Shown one piece after another: positions 21,003-29,163 of a stretch of DNA of 61,488 nucleotides; positions within the stretch are counted from its first letter, which is position 1, and each line of letters begins with the position of its first letter. The DNA lies in the IMG/VR virus record IMGVR_UViG_2908567220_000003; one strand, given 5' to 3'. The notes under the pieces were generated by a model. That model made no database searches, was not told the origin of the DNA, and worked only from the letters and a program-made list of their open reading frames with translations. The position numbers were made by a program, and so were the translations under genes. This DNA comes from a virus. Lineage: Duplodnaviria; Heunggongvirae; Uroviricota; Caudoviricetes.

Positions 21003-21082
21003 AAAACATCCCTGAAAGTAGGTGCCGGTAATACTGAAAATTTATTCCATTAAATGAGCATTGTCCTCTCTCATCCATTCCG

Positions 21083-22744
21083 TTACACACCATCAAACGC
21101 CGCAAGCCGCTCTTTGTGGCTGTCGCTCATATCGAATGCAAATTCCTCATGCTCTGCCTGGAATGTGCCAAACGCCATCAGCGCCGCAACGCTCGGGTCT
21201 ATCTTGTTGGATGATTTTTTCTTGTTCGGCTTGATATTGGCGTTCGCGTCACTCTGCATCACAACATTACTCATTGACCAGGCCAGCACCGGATCACCAC
21301 GATGCACAATCACCTTCCGGTTAACAAAAACTTCGAACGATTTCGCCGCCGGACTGAAACGAAGGTATGTTTGCGGGAACGGCTCCACCTCAAATCCTGC
21401 GCCCTGTAGCTGCGTCCTCAGGTGCGTGGCGTTCCATGTATCGAAGCCCACCAGCCTGATATTGAAATTTTCTGCATCTGCCATGATGTCATCACGGATA
21501 CGGTCATAATCAATGCAGTCACCCGGTGTTGTGCGTATCCAGCCCGCCTTTACCCACTGGCGATAGATGGCGCGGTTTTTATTGGCGGGGTTCTGTAGCT
21601 GAAATTCCGGCAGATAGTGACGGGAAACCAGCATAATCTTTTTACCGACCGGAAAGGCATAGCACACGCTGGAAATATCGCTGGTTGATGATAAGTCCAG
21701 CCCCGCGTAGCACTCCTGCCCGTATAAATCCGCCTCCGCGAACGTTCCGGCGCACTCCGCCCATGCACCGTTACCCATCCACGGCGTAGCCCCCTGACAC
21801 CAGATATTGAATCGCTTGGTGAGCATTTCCACCCACTGCGACGGAATACCCCGCGCTTTCTGGATGGTTGAGGCCAGTTTTTCACGATCGACGGAAACAT
21901 CGATATTGGGATTCGCCTTTATCCACATCGCCGGATCGTCAACCTCGCTTTCATCATCCAGCTCGTAAATCAGCACGAACATGGATTCGTTCACCTCTTC
22001 ACCATCCAGTATCTGGCAGCAATAGTCGTAGTGTTGTTTACAGGCTGAAACAACGTTGCTCCCCGATGTGGTGATGGCAAATAATAACCCCTCCGGACGC
22101 GCCCCCATTCCCAGTTCAAGCGCGGAATAAACCCCGTTGTCAGGGTGCAGGTGATATTCATCCACAATGGCAAGACTCGGGTTTGTACCTTCAATGGTTG
22201 CCGCTTTTGCTGCCAGTGGTTTTAACAGGCTGTTGGTTTTCGGGTGTATCACCTTGTGTGCCTGAATATTTACCCGCTTTCGTAACGGTCGGGATAAAAG
22301 GCACATCTGACGCGCATCATCAAACACGATCCGCGCCTGATCACGACTCACGGCGGCGGTGTAAATATCCTGCTGCCCGTTTTCCATAACCAGAAACCAG
22401 TTAGCCAGGATAGCGGCGACCGTGGATTTGGCATTTTTTCGCGGTACTTCAATGAATGCGCTGGTGTATTTGCGCCGCCCGGTGGCCTTAACCTTAAAGC
22501 CCAGGATGCACGCAAAGGCGAACTGCTGCCACGGCTCCAGCTCAATGGGGCTACCGCGCATTGCGCCTTTTACGTGCGGGCACACCCTGGAAAAGGCAAT
22601 AAACCGCTCCACGACCTCCGGATCGAACGTGTAAAGGGGGTTTTCAAGGTCAGAAAAATACCGTTTAACGGCCTGTTTCAGTCGTTTACAGGCCGTAATT
22701 TTGCCGTTTTTTACGCCTTCTGCGTACTCATGCCAGGCGGTCAA
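21083..22744 (-). CDS. terL: terminase large subunit (satellite copy, intact)
   Basis: 553-aa ORF with ATPase and nuclease regions; track start codon is TTG, overlaps terS end; start uncertain. Confidence 0.85.
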   Translation of the reverse strand: MTAWHEYAEGVKNGKITACKRLKQAVKRYFSDLENPLYTFDPEVVERFIAFSRVCPHVKGAMRGSPIELEPWQQFAFACILGFKVKATGRRKYTSAFIEVPRKNAKSTVAAILANWFLVMENGQQDIYTAAVSRDQARIVFDDARQMCLLSRPLRKRVNIQAHKVIHPKTNSLLKPLAAKAATIEGTNPSLAIVDEYHLHPDNGVYSALELGMGARPEGLLFAITTSGSNVVSACKQHYDYCCQILDGEEVNESMFVLIYELDDESEVDDPAMWIKANPNIDVSVDREKLASTIQKARGIPSQWVEMLTKRFNIWCQGATPWMGNGAWAECAGTFAEADLYGQECYAGLDLSSTSDISSVCYAFPVGKKIMLVSRHYLPEFQLQNPANKNRAIYRQWVKAGWIRTTPGDCIDYDRIRDDIMADAENFNIRLVGFDTWNATHLRTQLQGAGFEVEPFPQTYLRFSPAAKSFEVFVNRKVIVHRGDPVLAWSMSNVVMQSDANANIKPNKKKSSNKIDPSVAALMAFGTFQAEHEEFAFDMSDSHKERLAAFDGV

Positions 22745-23084
22745 GCTCGTCCTCTTCCTCTGTTTCCGGTGGATTTCTGCGGCGGCTTACCGGGTCAAAA
22801 CCCAGCAAAGAAGCCATTTTGATCATTATTCTTTCTGCGTCAGCCTTTGCGCTCAGGGCGGGGTTTCTGCTCTCACTGCCCTGACTGTTAACAATGCTGA
22901 ATCCGCGCGTCGCAAGGTCTTCGACGGCTTTGCGGTATATGGAGTAGTTAACGCAATACAGCTCCAGATTGCTCCAGTCGGCGGGGGTAAGGTCTTCCCG
23001 CCCGGAAAGCTGGCGCGATTTTTCCTTCCACTGCCTGACCGCGATTTCATCCAGGTAAGCGGGGGCTTTTGGTGGTCTTGCCAT
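22728..23084 (-). CDS. terS: terminase small subunit, P27 family (satellite copy)
   Basis: ATG at 23084 (MARPPKAPAYLDEIAV) inside track ORF 22728..23225; between HNH and terL. Confidence 0.7.
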   Translation of the reverse strand: MARPPKAPAYLDEIAVRQWKEKSRQLSGREDLTPADWSNLELYCVNYSIYRKAVEDLATRGFSIVNSQGSESRNPALSAKADAERIMIKMASLLGFDPVSRRRNPPETEEEDELDRLA

Positions 23085-23372
23085 GTTCTTTTTTCGCCCA
23101 ATTATTTTCAAAAAAATTCCCGTGCACAAAAATTTGAGGAGGCGGTCGGTGTCCGGCAGGGACGGTTTCGTCCTGAAAACCTCCCCCACCCCCTCTGACA
23201 GCCTCACCAGCGATTGCGAAAACATTCCATGACCTCGCGGTCACGGTCGGTTAATCGCTTCGGTGTGGTGCGTTCTGTGCGCCCTGTCCTGTTGACTTTG
23301 TGCCCTGTCTCCTGTGTCTTCCATAAGTCACGCTGCCTTATCAGTCCACGTATCAGCCTGTTTTGCTCCTGT

Positions 23373-23813
23373 TCAGTCATCATCGCCATACATCCAGTCG
23401 TTACGATGTGCCGCCCGTTCTTCCTGCTCGCGATACATGCCCGCCTTACGGTTCGCTTTCGTGGCTGGATCTTCCCGTGTCGTCTTACGGTTGTGGCACG
23501 TCTGGCACAATGCCTGGTGGTTCCACTCAGGCCAGAAGAGAACATCACCGCCGCCATTGATGGGAATGATGTGATCCACCACAAGAGCTGGCGTATAAAT
23601 CCCCTTAGCCAGACAACGCACGCATAACGGGTTTTTGCTCAGGTACAGGGCGCGGTATTTGTCCCACTGCCGGGAATACCCACGCGCGCGGCGGTGCCCC
23701 CGTCTGGCATCCTCTGCACGCCATGCAGCCCGCCTGTGCTCTTCACACTTGCCGGACTTCACGCGCTTATTACAGCCCGGCTCAGTGCATCGCCTTAATG
23801 GTTGCCACGGCAT
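23373..23813 (-). CDS. HNH endonuclease (packaging-associated, satellite copy)
   Basis: 146-aa ORF with Cys-rich HNH motifs (CHNRKTT), directly upstream of terS; ATG verified. Confidence 0.8.
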   Translation of the reverse strand: MPWQPLRRCTEPGCNKRVKSGKCEEHRRAAWRAEDARRGHRRARGYSRQWDKYRALYLSKNPLCVRCLAKGIYTPALVVDHIIPINGGGDVLFWPEWNHQALCQTCHNRKTTREDPATKANRKAGMYREQEERAAHRNDWMYGDDD

Positions 23814-24112
23814 CAGTACACCCCCACATCACGATAAACCGACCAGAGCGCAGAAATAGCCATAGGCAGTTCAGACTGTTCCACAGGTGAAACCGCTTCC
23901 CTGTTCTCGTACAGGAAAGCGATGTACATCAGGCAACCAACACGTATTGCCGGGGTAAATTCCAGCCCGTCTTCAAAACGTTTCCCGATATGCTTCTGGC
24001 AGGCTTCCAGCGCCGCATCGGTATACATTTTCAGAAGTTCGCCTTCTCCGGAAAAGTCATCAAGGCGAAGATGTGCCCTGACTTCATCAGGTGTAATTTT
24101 GTCTTCACTCAT
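23813..24112 (-). CDS. gp6-like head-tail connector protein (satellite copy)
   Basis: ATG at 24112 (MSEDKITPDEVRAHLRLDD) with AGGTGA RBS inside track ORF 23813..24199. Confidence 0.55.
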   Translation of the reverse strand: MSEDKITPDEVRAHLRLDDFSGEGELLKMYTDAALEACQKHIGKRFEDGLEFTPAIRVGCLMYIAFLYENREAVSPVEQSELPMAISALWSVYRDVGVY

Positions 24113-25319
24113 CTTTTTCACCTTTAATTTCCACAGTCTGCTTCCATGCCTGGCTGAACTCGTCGCCACCTTCACGCGGCGGCATTCCCTCACGCTCACG
24201 GGCTTCGTTCGGATTCATGATCCCGTTCTTAATCCCTTTCTCATACGTGGCGTAACGTTCGGTAGGGGTGGCGCGCAGTAAATCGGCTGAATCAAACTCA
24301 ACCAGATAACGGGTACCAGGTACGGGAGAAGCCACCAGCAAAGCGGCCTTGATTTGCTGTTCGAAGTTCGCCAGCCACGGACGCATTGTCATAGTCAGAA
24401 ACGCGCGGCTTGCCTCACTGAAATTGCTGTAGGTGCTGTTGCTGTATTCCTGAAGAAAAATCGGCGACACGTTGAACATACGGGCAATGTCTTCAATGGA
24501 GAAGCGACGGGAGGCCAGCCATTCAGCATCCTGGTTACTCATTCCCAGTTGCTTGTAATCCATGCCCCCTTCAAGGATTGGCGTTTTTCCGGCATTTTTC
24601 GCCCCCTTGTAGCGTTCCAGTGCGTCTAATGCCTGTTTACCTTTCACGCCGTCCAGCCATTCGCCTGACGTGATAATCCCTGCCGCCATCATGCCATCTT
24701 TCATAATGCTGGCTCCGTGGCGCTGTTGAGCAAGGCCAAGCCCCAGCGCCTCACGGCAAATCGTGACAGGGGAGCGCCCCAGAAAGCCATCATCCGAGGC
24801 ATAGCGGAGATGCAGAACTTCTTCCTGTAAATACGTGCGCACCGTTCCTGTACAGGGTTCGGTGATGGTATAGCGGTATTTGTGTGCGCCTGTGCGTTCC
24901 GGTACAACACACCCCGGCGCATAAGGATGAAGTGATTTTGGCTGCCCGTCCTGCCCCCACTCAATAACCGCATAGGCGTTACCGTTCAGCAGACAGTGAC
25001 GCATCATTGTGCGTTTAAACTGGTAAGGTGTCTGGCACGAATTAGGCTGCTCATTCAGCAGAATATCTACCGGATGACTGTCCAGCCATTCCCGCGCCTC
25101 CCTGCCCTTGTCATTACGTACCAGATACAGATAACACGGCATCGTGGCCACCGCCTCAGCGATGACAGAAACCGCGTTCATCACAGCAGGCAATGATTCA
25201 GCCGTCCCGGCAGAAACATATTCTCCGGATCCGGTATTCGGTACGCCGGACAGCGCCAGAAAATCATCAATGGACAGGTTACGTTGCTCGCTTTTTTTAC
25301 GACTAAAAGGCCACCACAT
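24105..25319 (-). CDS. portal protein, HK97 family (satellite copy)
   Basis: track ORF 24105..25409; ATG at 25319 just after protease stop. Confidence 0.85.
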   Translation of the reverse strand: MWWPFSRKKSEQRNLSIDDFLALSGVPNTGSGEYVSAGTAESLPAVMNAVSVIAEAVATMPCYLYLVRNDKGREAREWLDSHPVDILLNEQPNSCQTPYQFKRTMMRHCLLNGNAYAVIEWGQDGQPKSLHPYAPGCVVPERTGAHKYRYTITEPCTGTVRTYLQEEVLHLRYASDDGFLGRSPVTICREALGLGLAQQRHGASIMKDGMMAAGIITSGEWLDGVKGKQALDALERYKGAKNAGKTPILEGGMDYKQLGMSNQDAEWLASRRFSIEDIARMFNVSPIFLQEYSNSTYSNFSEASRAFLTMTMRPWLANFEQQIKAALLVASPVPGTRYLVEFDSADLLRATPTERYATYEKGIKNGIMNPNEAREREGMPPREGGDEFSQAWKQTVEIKGEKDE

Positions 25320-25320
25320 A

Positions 25321-25881
25321 TCACAACCCCGCCAGTTCAGCCCAGCGATGACGATTATTTCCTGCCGGGCGTAATTCAGGGTGCTGTGCAAACAACGAAC
25401 GGTGGGCAATCTCCACGCCAGATTCTGGATAAGCAGGCATCGACGTTATTGTGATTTCTCGGAGTTCAGCGGCGGTTACGGTACGCAAATACGGTTTTTG
25501 CGCGATATTCCATTCTTCGCATAATGCGCGAAAGCCAAAGCTCATTCCTGTAATGTCGCCACGCGACACCAGCGTGAGCACATCTTTTCCAAGCTGGGTA
25601 TCAGGCGGTGTCAGTTCAAAACGTAGCCCGGTGTTGTCCCCAGTCAGTACCAGAGTGCCGGATTTGGTGCGCCCCAGCAGTTGGGTATAGTCATGCTCAT
25701 ACAGGCAGCGCACATCATTACCCGCCGCCAGATAGTCAGCAAAAGCCCCCGGCGTGAACTGTTCGCGGAATTCGTCCCAGATAATTTCTGAAAGGCTGTT
25801 CCAGCGAACGGCATACCCCACCAGCTTTTTATTGCTGGCGGTCAGTTCAGATGTGCGGATTTCAAAATCGGTGTTTTTCAT
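25321..25881 (-). CDS. prohead protease, HK97 family (satellite copy)
   Basis: 186-aa ORF between MCP and portal; ATG verified. Confidence 0.85.
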   Translation of the reverse strand: MKNTDFEIRTSELTASNKKLVGYAVRWNSLSEIIWDEFREQFTPGAFADYLAAGNDVRCLYEHDYTQLLGRTKSGTLVLTGDNTGLRFELTPPDTQLGKDVLTLVSRGDITGMSFGFRALCEEWNIAQKPYLRTVTAAELREITITSMPAYPESGVEIAHRSLFAQHPELRPAGNNRHRWAELAGL

Positions 25882-25935
25882 CGGTGTACTCCATAAAGCT
25901 GAAAAAGGAGGCCGCAGCCTCCTCCTTACTCATGA

Positions 25936-27105
25936 CTAGCCAGCTTTCATTTCCAGAATTTTGATGGCGTTTGAATCCACCACACCACCGCCCAGATATT
26001 TATCCGTGTGGACCTTGTAGAATCCGGGTTCAGTAATGTTGTCCGGTCGGGTGCGAATCCCTGTTACATGATCAACGATGAAATAACCACGACTGAAATC
26101 GCCAACCGCTAGCGGTGCTTTTCCTGCGCCGATGTCCGGCATGGACTCCAGGCAGAAAACAGGACGACCAAGCAACATATCCGGCGCACCTTCTTTAAGG
26201 CTGTCGCGCCAGATATAATCGCCATTCTCATTTTTCAGCTTCTGTAGTGTCCCTGCCGTGCCCGAGTTCATCACCCAGACGGCATTTTTGCGGTATTTCG
26301 CTTTCAGCTTGTAGAGAATGTCGATCAGTTCGTCCGCTGTAATGGCGGTTCCACTTGCCGCTACCACTTTTTCAATGGTGCCAAAAGCGCGGGTTTTGTC
26401 ACTGGTCGCCGCACGGGTGTAAGCCATGAAGCCTTTCGGCTTGCCGTTACCGTCGCCATTAACAAAATCATCCTCTTCGGTGCTGGCGAACGTGTCGGCA
26501 ATTTCGGAGGATAACCAGCCCAGAATATCCACCTCTGAAAAATCCAGGATTTCCTGCGTGGTTTTCGGGTAGGCGTAGATCGGATTCAGCTTGATGGTTA
26601 CACGTTCAATTTTCGGGGTGTTGGTTTCACTACGTGCGCTGCCTTCTGTGCCTCGTCCTACAGTTGCGCCGCCAGTGGAAACCAGTTTCTGAAACTCATT
26701 TGATTTTGCGGTCTTCACGGTCGCGATCACGCGCATAACACTGTCATCCTGTAGCTGGCGCATGACTTCGCGATCAAGCTCAGGAATTACGGTATATCCG
26801 CCATCCCTGCCGCTGTCAGTGCTGGTGGTCAGTGATCGCACATCTCCGGTTACGATGTAGTTACGCAATTCATCAGATGATAATTTCTGGATGCCCGTTC
26901 CTGGCTTGCTGCGTTCTTCATCAGCCACAGACTCGAGGCGGGAAATTTCTGTGTCGAGGGAATCGGCTTTTGCACGCAGTTCATCAAACTGTTTGCCCTC
27001 GTCATCGTTCAGGCTGCGGTTTTCACTGTCGGCTTTTTCCAGCAGGGATCGCATCTGGTTTTTCAGGGCGGTTTTTTGCTGGCGGAGTTCGATTAATTTC
27101 TTCAT
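25936..27105 (-). CDS. major capsid protein, HK97 family (satellite copy)
   Basis: 389-aa ORF with coiled-coil delta domain; ATG verified; paralog of 16633..17850. Confidence 0.85.
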   Translation of the reverse strand: MKKLIELRQQKTALKNQMRSLLEKADSENRSLNDDEGKQFDELRAKADSLDTEISRLESVADEERSKPGTGIQKLSSDELRNYIVTGDVRSLTTSTDSGRDGGYTVIPELDREVMRQLQDDSVMRVIATVKTAKSNEFQKLVSTGGATVGRGTEGSARSETNTPKIERVTIKLNPIYAYPKTTQEILDFSEVDILGWLSSEIADTFASTEEDDFVNGDGNGKPKGFMAYTRAATSDKTRAFGTIEKVVAASGTAITADELIDILYKLKAKYRKNAVWVMNSGTAGTLQKLKNENGDYIWRDSLKEGAPDMLLGRPVFCLESMPDIGAGKAPLAVGDFSRGYFIVDHVTGIRTRPDNITEPGFYKVHTDKYLGGGVVDSNAIKILEMKAG

Positions 27106-27391
27106 GAAGGTTTTCTCGTATTGGTTAAGATTCAGGACGTGAAACCAACACGGAGGGAGCGCCGCCCGACACTCTCGGCATCTCGCAGATCAACCCGGCA
27201 TCGCGCAGGGGGTCAGGCGGCATTGTGGCGGCTCACGTCTGAGTGCCACACGCCAACATATACATAAAAATCAGTATGTAAACACCTGTCAGTAAGGCCG
27301 AACAACCACGAAAAAACACGAACAAATAATTTACAAAAGAAGTAAACCATGGCCTATTATTGCTACCTCTGACTACAACAAAGGACGCATC

Positions 27392-27898
27392 ATGAATTTA
27401 AGCGCAATGGTATACCCTGATACTTTCATAATTAATGGCGAATCATTTAAAGGTAAAAGAAACGCAAAAGAAAACAAGGTATTAATTCCATATACAAATG
27501 AACCGGAAGTAACTATTGGTCAACACATTATCCAGTGTGTCGGTAAAAACGAGATAAATCTAAAAATTATAGATATGAAGTTGCTTCCCAATGGAACCCT
27601 CAGACAGGGAACCAACCATCCAAATATGTTGACGCTCTATATTGAAAATATCACGGGAAATGAACATATGACGCCACCTAAAAGTAATACATTTAACATT
27701 GGTTCAATTAGTGGTAATCAAGTGCAGATAGGTGAGCATAACCATATGCTGGTAAACATCAGCATCACTGAACTGGTTGAAAAAGTCTCTAAATCGGGGG
27801 ATGTACAAGCCAAATCAGTATTAAAGCAGTTACTGGAAAACAGTACCGTTGCCAGCATTGTTGGGGCTGGCGCAAGTGCCTTAATAGGCTTACTGTAA
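27392..27898 (+). CDS. hypothetical protein with C-terminal hydrophobic tail (satellite accessory gene)
   Basis: 168-aa ORF, ATG with AAAGGA RBS, AT-rich, opposite strand to the rest of the element. Confidence 0.5.
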   Translation: MNLSAMVYPDTFIINGESFKGKRNAKENKVLIPYTNEPEVTIGQHIIQCVGKNEINLKIIDMKLLPNGTLRQGTNHPNMLTLYIENITGNEHMTPPKSNTFNIGSISGNQVQIGEHNHMLVNISITELVEKVSKSGDVQAKSVLKQLLENSTVASIVGAGASALIGLL

Positions 27899-27904
27899 AA
27901 AAAT

Positions 27905-27924
27905 GGCCTGGATTTTACCAGGCC
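27905..27924. terminator. bidirectional Rho-independent terminator between convergent genes
   Basis: stem GGCCTGG / CCAGGCC with 6-nt loop, flanked by A7 upstream and T-rich downstream. Confidence 0.6.
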
Positions 27925-27933
27925 TTTATCATT

Positions 27934-28182
27934 TTACCGTTTCACGGGATCCCGCATTCTGCTTCTTAGTTTCCACAGGTATTCGATCATCGCTTCCACC
28001 TGCTCACGGTTGGTTGCGAAAATTTCCCCGGTCAGTGAGCTGCGCAGAAAATCATGATGATCCACAACAAACAACGCATCGGAAGAAAGCAGACGGCGAT
28101 ATTTTTTTGCTGTCGTGGTTTCCAGATCATCAAAACCATGAAACTTTTTATGTTGCTGAACTTCTTCAAATGTCACAGGCAT
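27934..28182 (-). CDS. hypothetical protein
   Basis: ATG at 28182 with AGGAGG RBS inside track ORF 27934..28221. Confidence 0.5.
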   Translation of the reverse strand: MPVTFEEVQQHKKFHGFDDLETTTAKKYRRLLSSDALFVVDHHDFLRSSLTGEIFATNREQVEAMIEYLWKLRSRMRDPVKR

Positions 28183-28227
28183 GTTTCCTCCTGCTACCAC
28201 GATACCAGAAACAGTTAACAACCGTTA

Positions 28228-28512
28228 TCAATTATCCCCTTTTTTTTTCGGGTAGTTCCTGAACATCTCACCGCCAGGTTTCTGTAAGCCCATCCCGGTA
28301 TGTGTGCGGTTTATGGCCTCTTTCAGTATTCCGAAATTATCCGGTATGACTGGTTGGCGCGCTGCCTTACGGATACATTCCGCGCGACGCTTTGCCACCT
28401 GTTCGCGCTCCTTGTCAGTGCTCACCAGCCACATAACATCAGCCCAACGTGCCGCCGCTCTCCGGTACAGCCCTTTAGCCTCCAGTTCTTCCGCTTTGCT
28501 GTCTTTAATCAT
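28228..28512 (-). CDS. PerC-family transcriptional activator-like protein
   Basis: ATG at 28512 (MIKDSKAEELEAKGLYRRAAARW); assignment from remembered PerC N-terminal motif. Confidence 0.5.
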   Translation of the reverse strand: MIKDSKAEELEAKGLYRRAAARWADVMWLVSTDKEREQVAKRRAECIRKAARQPVIPDNFGILKEAINRTHTGMGLQKPGGEMFRNYPKKKGDN

Positions 28513-28527
28513 GCTGTACCTCACTGC

Positions 28528-28953
28528 TTAAAACGGTATCCCGTCCCCGTACGGATCATCGTGCTGGCCTGTCTGTTGTTTTGCCCTGTTCAGTGCGTCA
28601 GTAGCCTGGCCCTGCTGGCCTTTTTTGCCGCCCGGTCGCGCCGTTCGCGCACTGATTACGCTGTCTGCGATGACCTGCCAGCCCTGCCGCATTTCGCCGT
28701 TCTGGCCTGTCCACTGGCTTACCTGCATGTTACCCGCCACACTCACCAGTTCGCCTTTCTGGTGTTTTGCCAGTGCATCGGCCTGTCTGCCAAACGCCAG
28801 GACGGATAACCACATCGTCGCCGTTCCGTCATCTGCCTGGCTGCACGGCAGGGGAACCGCCATACTCGCCATAGCCATTTGTGTCCCCTTGCTGGTGGTC
28901 TTTAACTGCGGGTCAGCCACCAGCCGCCCGTAAGCCGCTATCTGTGCTGTCAT
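28528..28953 (-). CDS. ssb: single-stranded DNA-binding protein (SSB-like OB fold with C-terminal DIPF tip)
   Basis: 141-aa ORF ending GDGIPF, Gly/Gln-rich linker; ATG verified. Confidence 0.65.
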   Translation of the reverse strand: MTAQIAAYGRLVADPQLKTTSKGTQMAMASMAVPLPCSQADDGTATMWLSVLAFGRQADALAKHQKGELVSVAGNMQVSQWTGQNGEMRQGWQVIADSVISARTARPGGKKGQQGQATDALNRAKQQTGQHDDPYGDGIPF

Positions 28954-29017
28954 GCTGTCTGTTCTCCGGTTTTAACGTTGATTGTTACGCTTGTTTACAC
29001 CCTTACGGTGAAATCCT

Positions 29018-29140
29018 GCGGGTTATAATCGCACTTTTGCGGGTTATAACTGCCGTTTTGCGGGTTACGTGCGGGTTACTGATTTCCTTTTTATTCATAC
29101 AGTTAATGCACTTATACACAGGATAACCCGCATAACCCGC
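29018..29140. repeat. iteron cluster 2 (candidate replication origin): four direct GCGGGTTA(T/C) repeats, AT-rich spacer, two inverted copies
   Basis: direct copies at 29018, 29039, 29060, 29071; AT-rich 29081..29120; inverted ATAACCCGC at 29123 and 29132; downstream of primase/helicase gene. Confidence 0.7.
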
Positions 29141-29163
29141 AACTTTTCACCTCACACAGGGGG

